NCBI GenBank assembly: GCA_900088475.1 | Contig: FLMG01001021.1 | Location: 37,317 to 101,316 of the forward strand | Reading direction: 5' to 3' | Source: Hyphochytrium catenoides | Taxonomy: Eukaryota > Protista > Hyphochytriomycota | DNA: 64,000 bases | In this document: in pieces, positions 37,158 to 50,090 of the stretch | How positions within the stretch are numbered: the first letter of the stretch is position 1 | Layout of the letters: each line of letters opens with the position of its first letter | Notes under the pieces: model-generated | Told to the model about the DNA's origin: nothing | What the model saw: only the letters and a program-made list of their open reading frames with translations | Database searches by the model: none | Program-made: the position numbers and the translations under genes

Positions 37158-37945
37158 TCAATAACGTCGCTCCCTTAGCCCTAAAGCCATCTGCCGCCCG
37201 TCGCCGATCAGAGCGCCACACCTCTTCTTCACCGTTATCGCTCGAACTGCTTGGTGTCTTGGGCAGAAAATAGCAAAGTGAATTTATAAGAGCTCTGCTG
37301 TGTTTGTACAGGTACCTCTTCCCATGCCATACTCCAAGGGGAAGTGTGGTCAAAGCTGCAGTCAATAAATAACTCACAGATCTGGGTGTCTTCCTAAAGC
37401 TAACATTGGGCCTTCAAGAACTGTTTCTGGGTCTAAGCAACTACAAGGTCCAACAAACAGGACCAAAGCCTATCTTAAGTTGGAGGTCCCGCTAATATCG
37501 GCTCCGTCAAGTATTCAAGTGTTTCATTTTCGGCCACAAGTCAAAAAATCTCTACGTTTCTTCTCCTTTCACCTCTTTCCACCTCTATGATCATGTCTCT
37601 CTCTCGCGCTATGACTCACTCATTTCTTGAATTTTGCCTAACATTCTCTCTGTCTCTTGCACCATTCTGTCTTGTAAGAGATAGCGGTTAGCTGTTGGTC
37701 CTATGTCCACCTCTGGCACCTCAGGGCTTCCCTCTCTGGCTGTCAGGCGGGAACAGAGAGAGAGAGAAGAGAAGAGAGAGAAGAGAGAGAGAGAGGCAGA
37801 CAGACAGAGAGAAAGAGGGAGAAAGAGAGGGAGACACAGCGAGACAGAGAGACAGAGAGAGAGAGAGCGCGGAAGCAAGAAAGAGAGGGACTCAGAGAGA
37901 GCGAGACCAACTGGCCCTCATCGGGAAAACTTCCTCAGCGTCCAT
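37158..37945 (-). CDS. Small hypothetical multi-exon protein (~100 aa)
   Basis: Frame-consistent splice: MDAEEVFPMRA|TREGSPEVPEVDIGPTANRYLLQDRMVQETERMLGKIQEM|NPETVLEGPMLALGRHPD|LHQAVRAITVKKRCG...RRY*. Two donors are GTGAGT. Confidence 0.45.
37752..37906. repeat. Imperfect (GA)n microsatellite; (TC)n in a minus-strand intron
   Basis: Visible dinucleotide tract. Confidence 0.9.
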
Positions 37946-38379
37946 TTCAGAGCTTAATTGGGTCTCTGCTGGGCAAGATATTAGGAAGGACGGAGCTTCG
38001 CCGACGCAGGGCAAAGAACAGGGAGCAGCTGCGAAGCAGAGCAGCTAACCGGGATCACTAGGACAGAGTAAGGCCAAGATCGGGTGCGTGTGACTTCTGA
38101 CTAGAGCTTGCTATATTGTCTTTGCTCTGCTTCAACTACCTCTCGTCTTGAAAGAAACGCCCTAATCGGCCTTTCCACTTTTTACGACTGTTTAACTGGC
38201 CTCTTCCGTCAACATTAAGCATGCTCAAGCTCTTCAAAGGGCCAGTCAATTCATTCCATTCTGCAAGGAGATGTTGCCTGTGGAAGGCTGTATACCCTTG
38301 GTCGTGCCGTTCATTTTGCATTCCTAGTTCCTGACATTACGAGGGCTTACTTCCTTTGTCTCTAGGGCGCGTAGGCATC

Positions 38380-41300
38380 ATGAGCTACATCGTTCGCGCA
38401 TCTAAATACCGCCATGTCTATATCGAGCCGGCAAAGGCCGATAAAACCTATCAGAACCTCCGTCTCAGTACATCTGCTGGCGAACAAAGCTTCATCAAGG
38501 GCAACACTAAATTTTTCGCGGTTTCCATCGAAGCTGGTGGAGGCGCCATGGCAGTGATCCCGTACGAGAAGACCGGCAGATTCGATAGTGTTATCCCTGT
38601 CGTCAGCGGACACACGGGGACAGTGCTCGATTTCGACTTTAATCCTTTTCATGAGCATATTATCGCTTCTGGCTCAGAGGATATGACCATCAAGGTAAGC
38701 CACAGGATGCAGAGTCTTCATACTATGCACGTTTTCAGGAGAAGAGAAAATGCCGGGAAAGGGGAGAGAAGATTGAGATTTGACGGAAGACTGCAGAAAG
38801 GAGGGTGACCCATGGAGAGCAAGGTGATAGAGGATCTTAATTCCTTAGCACAGAAGGAAAAAAGGGAGCGAAAGTTGTTGAAGCACCTGAACCATCATTT
38901 TAGCGCTAACGCTTTGCTTTTGGGTCATGCTCTCGCCCTATCTCTTAGATTTGGGGCATCCCAGAGGGTGGACTTACTGAGAATATGAGCGAGCCGCTCG
39001 TAGATCTGCACGGCAACGGTCGAAGAGTAACTCTCCTCCGCTTCCATCCTACCGCCAGCAACGTTCTGGCCTCCGCCTCAGCAGACTTCACCTTTAGACT
39101 TTGGGACATTGAGAAGGGGCAAGGTAAGTGACGGTCAGGCAGGGAGGAGCAACGCCAGTACAAAGGGAAGAAGCAGACCATGAGGAGAAGGGTTTCTAGG
39201 TGCAAGATGGAGGTGCTTTTAAGACTTGTCGTCGTTCTTGTGTTCACTTCTTTAATTCTAACCCTGCAACTGTGGTGCTCTCAATCATATAGAGATCAGT
39301 ACCCTCAACGGGCATGGCACGGACTTGATCCAGGTATAGGACTAAGACCGTACTATCCTGTCCGGGTTACATTTTCAATTCTCCTCTAGCGATTCCATCC
39401 TCAGGCTAATGCGCTGCTAGGTGGCATAGTCTATATCTCTTCACTCTGTGCGCGTCATATCTTGCATTGTTCGCACTCTAACTCCGGTCTCTTCTCGCTA
39501 CCCCTGCTCTAATCTTTGTAGGATATAGTATGGAGCTATGATGGAGACTTGGCCGCACAATCCTGCAAGGACAAAGTGCTTCGCATATATGACCCTAGGG
39601 CTGGACGTATGGCTTTTTATCACCATCTGCGTTTTTGAATTTACCTTGTCTCCTGATCCCTCGATGGTGCACTTGCCCCGATAGATCGATGTTAATCGCC
39701 TGATGTCACCCTATCCGTATCTCCTTCCGTCTCTTCACTGTTGTTTCCTCTCTCTCTCCTCTCTCTCTCTCGATCTTCGGCTTAACGCCTGCTATATTCC
39801 TCCTTAACAGGCGTTGCTTTGGAAAAAGAAGAAGCACATGAGGGAGCAAAGAGTGTGAAGCTTACCTTCCTGGGCCCGCAGGATAACGATAGGCTTGTCT
39901 CCGTCGGTTTCACCAAGCAGAGTCAGAGACAAATGAAGATCTGGGACCCTAGGAAGATGGATAAAGAGCTAAAGAGAGTGGACATCGACCAGGCCGCAGG
40001 AGTGATTCTTCCCTTCTATGACCCCGACACACGGCTGCTCTATCTCTGTGGCAAGGTAACAAGAAAGATGTCTTTGCAGCAGCCTATCATTCTTTCCCTG
40101 CTATGTGTGCACAGTGCACACTAAGTCAAGCCCTCGCTGCAGCGTCTGGACAAGCTCAACCGTCGTGATAGCTCGTCTTCTCTCTCTTTTGTCCCCGAAT
40201 ATCAACTCTATCTCTTGTGCTTCTCAGCTCTTGCTAACAATAACTCTTTCTGTTCTGTATGCATCAGGGAGATGGCAACATTCGCTACTATGAAATGACA
40301 GATGGTGAGCCTTATCAGTATCAGGTTTCAGAGTACCGAAGCACCACCGCCGCGAAGGGCATGACAATGCTGCCTAAGCGAGCCATGGACATCATGAGCT
40401 GTGAGACTGCAAGACTGCTCAAGCTGACCCCCAACGCTGTGGAGCCACTGCATGTTTATGTGCCAAGGAAGGTAATGTAAGGGGTCGAAGATATATTGAA
40501 CACAAAACGAATGGGTTGGGCTCCAAACGAAGAATGATATAGAGGAAGGCTGTAATCTAGAAGAACGGCGAGAGATGAGAGAGACAGGACATGGGTAGCC
40601 AACGTAACCAGCATTGAAACCCTAGTCTCAATCTAATGACCTTGACTCTCTCGCCTCTCTCTGCCCTGGGGTTATGTACAGTCTGACGCTTTCCAGGAGG
40701 ATATCTTCCCTGACACCTATGCCGGCATTCCCTCTATGACTGCTGACGAGTGGCTCGGAGGTGTTTCCAAGCCTCCAGTGCTTGTCAGCCTCAGACCAGG
40801 ATCGCATAAGATAACCACCCCTCAGGTCTATTTTGCTTCAATGTCTTCCCTACACATCTTTTTGCCTTTGCTTCTGGGATTATTTATTTGGCCGCCATTC
40901 CATGGGTATTTTGTCTCTATATAATGCTCTAAGTTCATTAAAAGTTACCATAGCTCTTCTGTAGACCATGTGCCAATCACCTGAAATCGTTTGGCTCTGA
41001 ACAGGACCGAATCTTCCCATTGACTGGTGCTAGGGCTGATTGCAATGCTCACTCGTCTCTATATCTTCAGGCAAAGTCCACTGGAGGTGGGGCTGCATCT
41101 TCACGCTCTCCTGCGGCGACCTCGCGCTCCCCTGTGCCTCCTTCCCGATCTCCGGCAAAGCAGACCGCGCCACCTCCTGCCCCTCCCAAAGCTAAGACAA
41201 CTGCTGAGCTCCAGAAAGAGGTGAGCCCACCGATGTTCACTTGCTATTTTTCATGGCTTTGCTTCTCCTTTACGGGCGTTTGATTTCCCGCGCCGATATT

Positions 41301-41553
41301 GCTCGTTCTTGTACACTGCTGCGTATTCTCAGTTAATGCTGTTGGCCGACCTATTGGTGGCCGACCTATTGGCGGCCGACCTGTTGACAGCACTGATGAG
41401 TTTGTGTTGTGTCTCCATGGGACGTGTGCATGCCTTTCTCTGCAACTCCTCTCTACTTCACAGCTGGATGACGCGAATAAGAAGATCTCAGATCAAGAAA
41501 GGCGCATCGCACAGTTAGAGGCGCGACTCAAGAGTGCGGGCATCTCATATTAG
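38380..41553 (+). CDS. Coronin (WD40 actin regulator), 9 exons
   Basis: [76 protein letters not shown] and a C-terminal coiled coil ERRIAQLEARL. Confidence 0.97.
41344..41387. repeat. 15-bp tandem repeat x3 (GGCCGACCTATTGGY) in the last coronin intron
   Basis: ggccgacctattggt ggccgacctattggc ggccgacctgttga. Confidence 0.9.
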
Positions 41554-41868
41554 GGCCTTCAGCAGTGATTATCAGGGAGCAGCCCACCAAGAAGATGCTA
41601 TGATAATGACGGAGCCTAATTCTCCCTGATCCCGAGGCCCTGGATTCAAGGCTATGGGGGGAAAGACAGGAGGAGTGTGTGTCCAATTAGGGAGATCAGC
41701 TGTTATTAGTGGCGACGGGACAGAGGTCGAGTAGTAGGAGAGAGATAGAGAGACTGAAGAAGGGAGAGAGAGAGGGAGAGAGGACACGAGGTAACGATGA
41801 TCACGCAGATCAGGAAGAGGCGGTACCCTATCTCTCTTTATAGTGGAACTAGGTACTTTTTTGGACAA

Positions 41869-44800
41869 TTAGAAGGGCTTGGCCCTGCGTAAGGCTAGAA
41901 TAACATTTGTGTGCTCTATCAGTGTCTCGTACTCGTTCATCCGGTGTGAGGAGTTTAGTGCTTCAACCTCATGTAGGAATTCAGGGGGCGAAAGAGAAGA
42001 GGACTCCTTCAGGAGACAGACCAGGGCCTCCTAGAAGAAGAATGGAGTGGACGCATAAGGAACGAGGGATGATGATCAGAGACCGAGGGTCTCAGTTTAT
42101 GATACTCCAAGATGGGCTTGTGGAGAGACCGAGTACGGAACGAATCAACAACAAGGGAAGCAGAGGCTGAGATGGGAGGTCGAGGACCGAGAAGATGAAG
42201 AGGACTGTAAGACAGAGACTGAGTTAAGCTTAGCACATGCACTCACCTTCACTGTTTCGGCATGGTCCACCTCGAGCTGCTTCATCATTTTTCGGAGGAA
42301 CTCTCGGAACCTCGTTCTTTTCTTTCCGCTCACAGCACCCTGTTGTCCCATGTGGCCACCTCTCTGATCTCCTGTTTCACTTACGGGTGTGTCCTCTTCT
42401 TCCACTCTTTCTACCTCATCAAGACTAAGAATGTAATACTGCAGGTCCGATAGGCAGTCAATTGCCTGGAGGATGACCTTGTCTCGTGTATCGGTCAGCG
42501 CCTGAAGGAGGGGAGCAGAGCACCTACGCTCTGTCTCCTCAATCAATTTTTGGCCTTCGCTATTCTCTCTAAACACGAAAGAGTATTTGCCTTTGAGAGG
42601 TCTTCTCAAGGGCCATCGAAGCAGAAAACTGAGAGCTTGAAGGACCCTCAGACGAACCTACAAAGAAATGGAGAAGGAGGTGCAAATAAGTAGAGGAAGA
42701 CGGACACAGATCGTCCTAAGAGCTCTAAAGGCTGAGGGAAAGTGACAAGAGGCACTTGAAGGGTCGCCGTACTTCGCTTCTGTCCCCGCTCATCAAGTAA
42801 ATATTCTTTTGAGGAACGCTGCTGGTAGACACACTCTTTCCCTCTAAAAAATAAGAAGACGCTCAGCTATCTTCGAACTCACCTCATTTGCGGTCCCAGA
42901 CTCTATGTGTACCAGAAGCAGATTCAGCAGCGAAAGGTGGTTCTGAGAGAAGAAACCCTCTTTTCTCTTTTCTACTTCTTCTCTGCTTATAGCATTGGCC
43001 CCGGGCCTTTCGACTCCTCCACCAACATTGACACAGAGATAGAAGAGAACGTCTAACTGCAATTTAAGGATTCGGGGCCCTCCAGCCTCAGGCAAACTTG
43101 CGTCGGAAAGATCACTGGATGACGTGTCCGTAAAAGTGAGCAGAAGAGAACGGATTCTCTCAAAAGAAAGGATGACTGAGTGCAAAGTCTGTAAGGGGGA
43201 ATGCCATATGGCGTTGCCCATGCCCTCTTCGTTTGACATTATCTCTGTCTCCGAGTTTGACTGTTTCTCTCCTGCTATCAACTTCACAATGAGCTCTATT
43301 AGAGCCGTGATGATTCGATGATGGACGTTTGGGTTGAGTCCTTGCACCTGAAGCGCTCGTCTAGAGGGTTGAAACATTAGAAGTGGGGAAGATGGAATTT
43401 TCCTCGGGCATGGGCACCATAGATGATAAAGGAGGTCCATCCCCGGACAAAGTATTGTAGTATCGGTCAGCAAAGGAAGGTCTGCAGTCTAACAGGTAGA
43501 AGATGAAGAAGAAATGGAGAGTCAACTGAGCAACAGTCCACAATGGCAAATCAAACACGCGCCAGCCAGCATTTATTCGTACGAGCAGCGAAGGCTAACA
43601 GGATGAGACGCACAAGACATAGGTACACACCTTAGAAGTTCATCTAGCAGGTTCAGCGAGCTCCCGGGTAAATCTCTCGAAGGCACGGAAGAAGAGGAGC
43701 ACGATGAGAGATAACTAATCGACTTCAGCATGGCGTGATAGTAGGTGCTTTCACTCCAAGTGATATCTAGAGGGTACTGATTGGGAGAGATAAAGTGAGT
43801 GTCAACTTGTCAAATGCGCAAAAGACGTCCGACAAAAAGGACAAGACTGGGACGACAGATAGTCGATGCGCTCTGTAGGAGATAGAAGAGCGCGGGGCCT
43901 AGAGAAGACTCTTGTCGGATGAGCTGATACAGGAAGCTTTCTCACGCAGTCATCAAGGCACCAGGCCCGCGACATTGAGACAGAGATCGAGATGAACAAG
44001 GAGAGCTGAATAGAGGCATGTCCTGCGATCAAGTCTGCGTATCTAAGAAGGAACAACTCTAGCCTTTATATGCTTTTTCCATGCATTCACACCTCTTTGA
44101 GAATCCTTGCACTGAGAGTCTCGAGTGTCCGACTCAGTAAGGTCTGGAGATCTGCACAGCCATTTAGCTCAGCTAAGATCTGAAGGCATTCGCCCGCACT
44201 GGAGAACCGTAAAAGTAATCAAATGGGTGAGTGACTATAGAAACGGATGCCGGTGGACTTATTCAACTAGGAAAGAGAAAGTGTTTGCGAGAGAAAGGAG
44301 GAGATTGCGAGGATAATGGCGTGGCAAAGATAGCCGGCTATCACACCAGAGAGGGGCCTTGAACTAGTGAGGTTTGCCTTATAGAGCAGAACTAAGTAAA
44401 GCAACTGAAGGAGAGAATGCAATGAGTATCAGCTCTAACGAACTAATAGACTTCACCTAAGAGACGGTTTGGCAGGGAGTTGACTATACATTTCCTTATA
44501 AGAGGACTCTGACCGTTTCTGAGTCCCTTCTCCCTGCATCATCACAAGGCAATGACCCTGCAGTTCCGTCATCATGCTCTGAAGACCGGCAAGCCGTCCA
44601 GTGCTGAGAAATAAAGCCTCCATAGCAGCTCGGCCCCGCCCTAGCCATAGTAAAGTGAGTGGCATTGTTGAGTACGACTAGGAAATGTGAAGAGAACAAA
44701 GTGTGAAAGTTATCGATCGAAGGAAAATAGAGAAATAGAAATAGAGATGGAGAAACGAACACACTACAGCAGATGGAACAACCACTAGGATTTAGCGAAA

Positions 44801-47800
44801 AGACCCTCTACTTCCCAAGAGCGTATCTTTTGTATGAACTCTCTTCGGCTTCCCTCTTCTAGGTGCTCCGGTTCACGTCTACGGTGGGATTCTTTTTGCT
44901 CACTTCCTTGCTTTCTCTCGCATTCTCTTCTGTCCTTTGCATCTTACCCTTGAGAACCATCACCACACTCTCCAGCACTTCTACAGCAGCTTTCTTTAGC
45001 TTGTCTCTTTCAAGCAAATCCAACCCCAAAGCAGGGCTGCAAACCTCTCGGACGAGCTCTTGAACCTTGGGCAGGATTCGGGATGGAAGGGCACCCCGAA
45101 GTAGTTGGGAGAGAAGAAGAAGATTCGAGGATTTGCTGTCCAGGGAAGAACCCAAGCCCACGTACATAGATGTTTCGGGAAACGAAAGACAGTCCAAAGA
45201 AAAAAGCAATGACAGCAAGCCAAGAGGTTAGCACCGCTACTCAGTAACAGTTAAGGACACAGCGGTCGATGAGAGGACATAACTAGGCACCAACTATTTA
45301 GAATGAGCCTGAGGGGGCTAGAGGAGAGACATGAACTGTAGAGCTGCAGATCAAGAGGAGTCTACCTATACCTGGAAGAAGCAACACCGCTAGCTTCTTC
45401 ATCCTTAATCTGAGGAAGAAGGAGAGGGAGGTATGCTGTAGGGTTCACAAACCTCCCTACCAACGTCAACGCATTAGTTGGGCACATGAGAACGAGAGAG
45501 TCACTTGGAAAGAGGGAAAGAGCATTGCAGTAGATCCATGAAGGGGAGAAAACAGAGTTAGAGACGCCCATGTATACAGAGGGATAATGAGGAAGGAGAG
45601 TCTCAATGGCTTACCAAGGAGCTCCGCATCTTCCCTCACATTGTTGCCTACCGGTCCATCCTCCTCAATACAGCTCGCTAACGATCGCAGTAGTAAATGT
45701 AAATCCATGGTGACATGCTCCTCGCCAAATATAATGACCGAGCGGAGGAGAAGGGATGAATGGACTCGGGTCTCGGAGAGCCAGTTGGACATCTCATTCA
45801 AGATAGTCTAAGAAAAGATGCGGGGGGTCAGGAAGAGCTTCCAATTGCAGGGTTGTACGCCGAAGAAAAAGAGTAAGGACATTGGGCTCTGAACCCTCAG
45901 CGGAATGCGGGCAGGGCTGAATTGTCAATAATCTATTTGGAAGAAACACATAGAGAGTAGGCAAGCAGAATGAGGACACTTGGAAGACCAGCATGATTTC
46001 ACCGCCACTACGCAAGGATGAGCGACCAACCTGCGTAAACCGACGCATGTTTCCTCGGACAAACAACCTTGCGCCCAAGCTGGGTCTACCTTTAAAGGGG
46101 AACGGAAGAGGTGCCTGATGGTTTGCGTCAGGGTCCCCATCTACTCCGTACTGACGCTTCTCTATAATCTGCGTAGCAAGAAGTAGGTTAGGTGACGAGG
46201 GTATTGATTGGGACAGAATGAAATGGTAAACCTAGCTAATTGACCTCAAAAGGCCCTAGAGCTAAATGCTCTAGTCTGCTGAACTGGTAATGGTTTGTCT
46301 TACCTCCTCTCTTTTCTCTTTTTCGTATTGAGTGCCAGCTCTCTCTATCACGTCGAGAGCCAGCTCTGCTATCTCTTCACTGTCGTCGTTCAGGGCACTA
46401 CCAATTACACCGAAACCCAAAGGAGAACAAACAGCAAACGAGGACAATCCGCAGGGATGCGGTTGATGAGAATGAGGGCAGATCACATCAGGACCGGCCA
46501 CAATAACAACAATGCAGGGTCGGACGCACCTCATAACATAGGGCAATATTCGGCTCTCATGATCATATCGATCCGGAAGGTTAAGGAGCAGCTCCGCAAG
46601 CTGAGTCGTTGAGATACGTGTGAGCTTATGACGGGGGCGTAATACATTTTAACGGAGGCACAGCATCAAAGAGTGGAAACTGCATCGCATGGAGAGGCCA
46701 AGTTGGGCAGAGATGGAAGGTGTGCCACACTCTTGATCAATGGAACGTAAAAATACGAATAGCCGGGACATGACATTTGCCATACTAACGTTACTCTTTT
46801 CAAACTTGATAGGGGGAAGAAAGACTCGATGACAATGCCTACTCGTTTCGTACCATCTCCAGAAACCTCTTTCTCACTGCCTGGACCTTATCAACAGCAA
46901 GCTTTGCGAAGTAATTTTTGCTGACATCGGTTGAATAGAAAGAAGAGACGGAGAGGACGTTCGGCTCTCTGTAGCCTATCAGGTCCACTATTGCCTCTGT
47001 ACCTGCTCCTTTGTACTTCTCCATCATCGGACAAAGTAACAAAGATTCCACGGCCTAGGCAGAGCAAACGGCATAGGCAATTGAGGATAAAAAGACCATG
47101 AAGAATCCTCAGTAGTGCTTCCGGTATGAGGAAGGCATCTCATTGCAACACGAAAGAAGGGGCAAACTACTAGAGGCAACGGAAGAAGGCGCTGTGGTTT
47201 TAAGACATGCTTACCTCTATGCCAGCTAACCTCACTCTTGCGTGCCGGTGGTCCAACAACTGGGACGCCTGGCGTACGAGTCCAATTGCGTAGTGTTTCG
47301 TGCCAGTGATGAAGGATGTACAGAGAAGACGGAGCGACGTGCACCCTTGTAGCTTGAGAGCAGGGAAGGGGTCCGAAATACAGGACACTATGAACACAAC
47401 TGGGCTCGAGAAGAATTAGGTCAGGTACGTTTCGGAAAGATGTCGATAATGGGTCCGACAATTGGGTTGAAAAGGTTGGACAGAGCAGGGTGCCATCTTT
47501 TAGAGGCCAAGCGGGCCAACCCTCGAGTAAGAGAGGAATGTGCGTATACGTCAGAGCACTGGAGGCGAGAGAACCACAAGGAAGACAAAGAGAGTTAGAG
47601 ACAAAGGCTGAAAGGTGCAATACCTATATCATGGAAGTAAGGGTAGAGGAGAGACGAAGCTTTGAGACCCACGGCGCGGGTGAGCAGACTGTGAATCAGC
47701 TCTGCAAGACGCAGTCGCACCTCTTCAGACGGCTCAACCACCTTGTGACAGTGACTTCAGGTTAACGTTTGGTTCTTTTTAATCTACTTCTTTTGCCTAT

Positions 47801-49219
47801 GTGCCCCTCCAATCTCCTCCTCTACTCTCTCTCCTTCTCTCTCTGTCTTCTTCTTTTCTCTCTCCTGTTTCCTTTTGTCTTCTGTCTCTCTTAACGACAT
47901 CCAGACCCACATAGATTGTTATGATCTCAATGTTCAGCATCTCACACAGCACTGCCAAACGTTTGCTGCCCTATGCGTCACCTATCTCGGGTCCGCGGTC
48001 CGCTCTCTTTTTCGTTGTGATAAAACAGTTCCCAATCGTCTCTCTCCGTAGATCGCGCGTACCTTAACAACTGCCCAATCTTCCTTTCCTACGGCCCGAC
48101 CACGCTTATGGGCCTCATGATGCTCTAGGGACTTTGAGAAGACTAAGGACGTACGCGGATGAGGGTGAGAACGGAGTCGCAAAGAGACAGAGGCTATTGG
48201 GTGCTTACCTTGGAGTTCCTCATCGTAACTCCATTCTGGCGGGATTCGGGACTGCCAGGGGAAGAAGTAGAGGGACAGCAGCCATTACGCTTTTCTTAGA
48301 AGCCAAACAACTATTGTGGGAAGCAGAATATCAAAGAAAGACTACACTTCCGTGGAGAAGTGACTCTGGATATGCAGAAGACCCAACGAGGAGAAGAACC
48401 AGAATGCGATTCAAGGGAAAACCCCGCCCAGAGGTAGGACATGAACCGCAAGTAAGCAGGGAAAGTAAATGGAATAGAGTAAGTCATGGGAACCTTGGAG
48501 CCATGGAGAGACCAGAGATCCATGAACAGAGAGTAAGCTTACAAGGAATGGAATACCTAGGAGAGGAAGAAGGAGAAGAGTCTGACCATCACGGAAGGCA
48601 TAAGATAAGGTAGGAATTGTCCGAGGTCCTCAGCCTCCTCCACGCAGCTCTTCGTCACCAGGACAGCAGCTTCCCTCACGCCTTCAGACTCGTCAGTAAA
48701 TCGCCTAAGAATGGGTTTGAAGGAAGACAAGAAGAAGTCTCTTCTCTCTTCAAGCGAGAGGGAAGAGTCTCTTGCCGAGCCTTTTTCCTCTAACAGATGC
48801 AAGATTGTGGCCATTACTTTCTTCCTTTGCAACTTATTGCCGTCATTCAAGGCTGTGATCTGTTGCTGAAGCTTCAGAAGACTGCCTCCTTCCGGCCGAC
48901 TTCCATCCGTTCCATGTTGCTCAAATGACTCTTCTCTCTCACCGTCTTGCAGGGTTCCGGTACTCTGATCAGGCGTAGGAAGAGGATCCCGCAGCTCGGC
49001 ATTGCCTCTGAGCTTTTCTTCACCTTTTGGAGCGGACGGTCGAGAAAGGGGCGTCCAGGAAAGACCCTTCTCCTTGGCAACCTTCTTTGTCCGGACTTTA
49101 GAAACGTGCTTGCTAATAGAAGTGTGACCTTGCCTCACGGATTTTAGCTTATCTTGGAACTGCTTCCTGTTCTGCAGCTCTAACTGCTGCAGCTCAGCCC
49201 AGCTGTCCTCCACACTCAT
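41869..49219 (-). CDS. DNAAF5: Dynein axonemal assembly factor 5 (HEATR2), multi-exon HEAT-repeat protein
   Basis: FKPILRRFTDESEGVREAAV, VVEPSEEVRLRLAEL, YFAKLAVDKVQAVRKRF, NEMSNWLSETRVHSSLLLRSVIIFGEEHVT; last exon EALVCLLKESSSLSPPEFLHEVEALNSSHR..YETLIEH; stop TAA at 41869-41871. Confidence 0.88.
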
Positions 49220-49519
49220 TCTGTGCGCCTTCCCTTTCGAGGCTGAATGACGTTGGGGTTGGGTCTCCTTCCCCGGCCGACGTCTAGGTATACGGCAAAG
49301 CCCTGGGACTTGTACAGCGGATCGTAAGGGCTTACTCTATAGGAGAGGAACAGCTCCCGGGTCCTAACCAGGGAGTACCTGGCGGCAATACCGGGTGGAA
49401 AGACGTGATGGGTTCTATACGTTGGTTCTAAGAGTTCTGGAGGCGACCGATAAGCGGGAGAAGAAACGGGAGACAAACTGAGGACGACCAGAGTCAGGTC
49501 CAAGAGCGAGTTAGTCAAG

Positions 49520-49592
49520 CGAGGGGAAGAGAGAGAGAAAGAAAAAGAGAAAAAGAGAGAAAGAGAGAAAGAAAGAAAGAAAGAGAGAGAGA

Positions 49593-49638
<46 letters not shown>

Positions 49639-49640
49639 AG
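49520..49640. repeat. (GA)n/(GAAA)n microsatellite between the divergent DNAAF5 and Dam1-like genes
   Basis: Visible tract. Confidence 0.92.
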
Positions 49641-50090
49641 GAGCACAGAAAGCTAATGAGGGACGACGCCTTGTAAATAAGGATGATCAAACCTGAACCT
49701 TCAATGTTCAATGTCCTTTGGGAATTCCAGCCGTTAACGGCATTGATCGGTCCCAAGATCATTTGGAGAAAAATCAGCCTTCTTGATGTGATAATCACTC
49801 AATCTTTATTGGCATTAGTTGGTAACGGCCATTATTTGAACCGCAGTTGCCGCCTAAGGTAGAGAGACTCTGCTGTCAAACGAGGATTATCGAAGCTCAA
49901 ACAGGCCTCAGAAGTCTGGTTCTCAGGTCGCTCGCTGCTAGTTCTGGGCCTCCCAGACATCAGACAAAGCTCCAGTGTACTTGTACCGGAGTCTTTATCA
50001 CGCATGCCGCAGTAAAGCGTAGATATAGGCGTCGCATTCGTTTCCACCTGCGGGCTGCAGGTAGAGGGGGGCTATATATTGAACGGAAGA

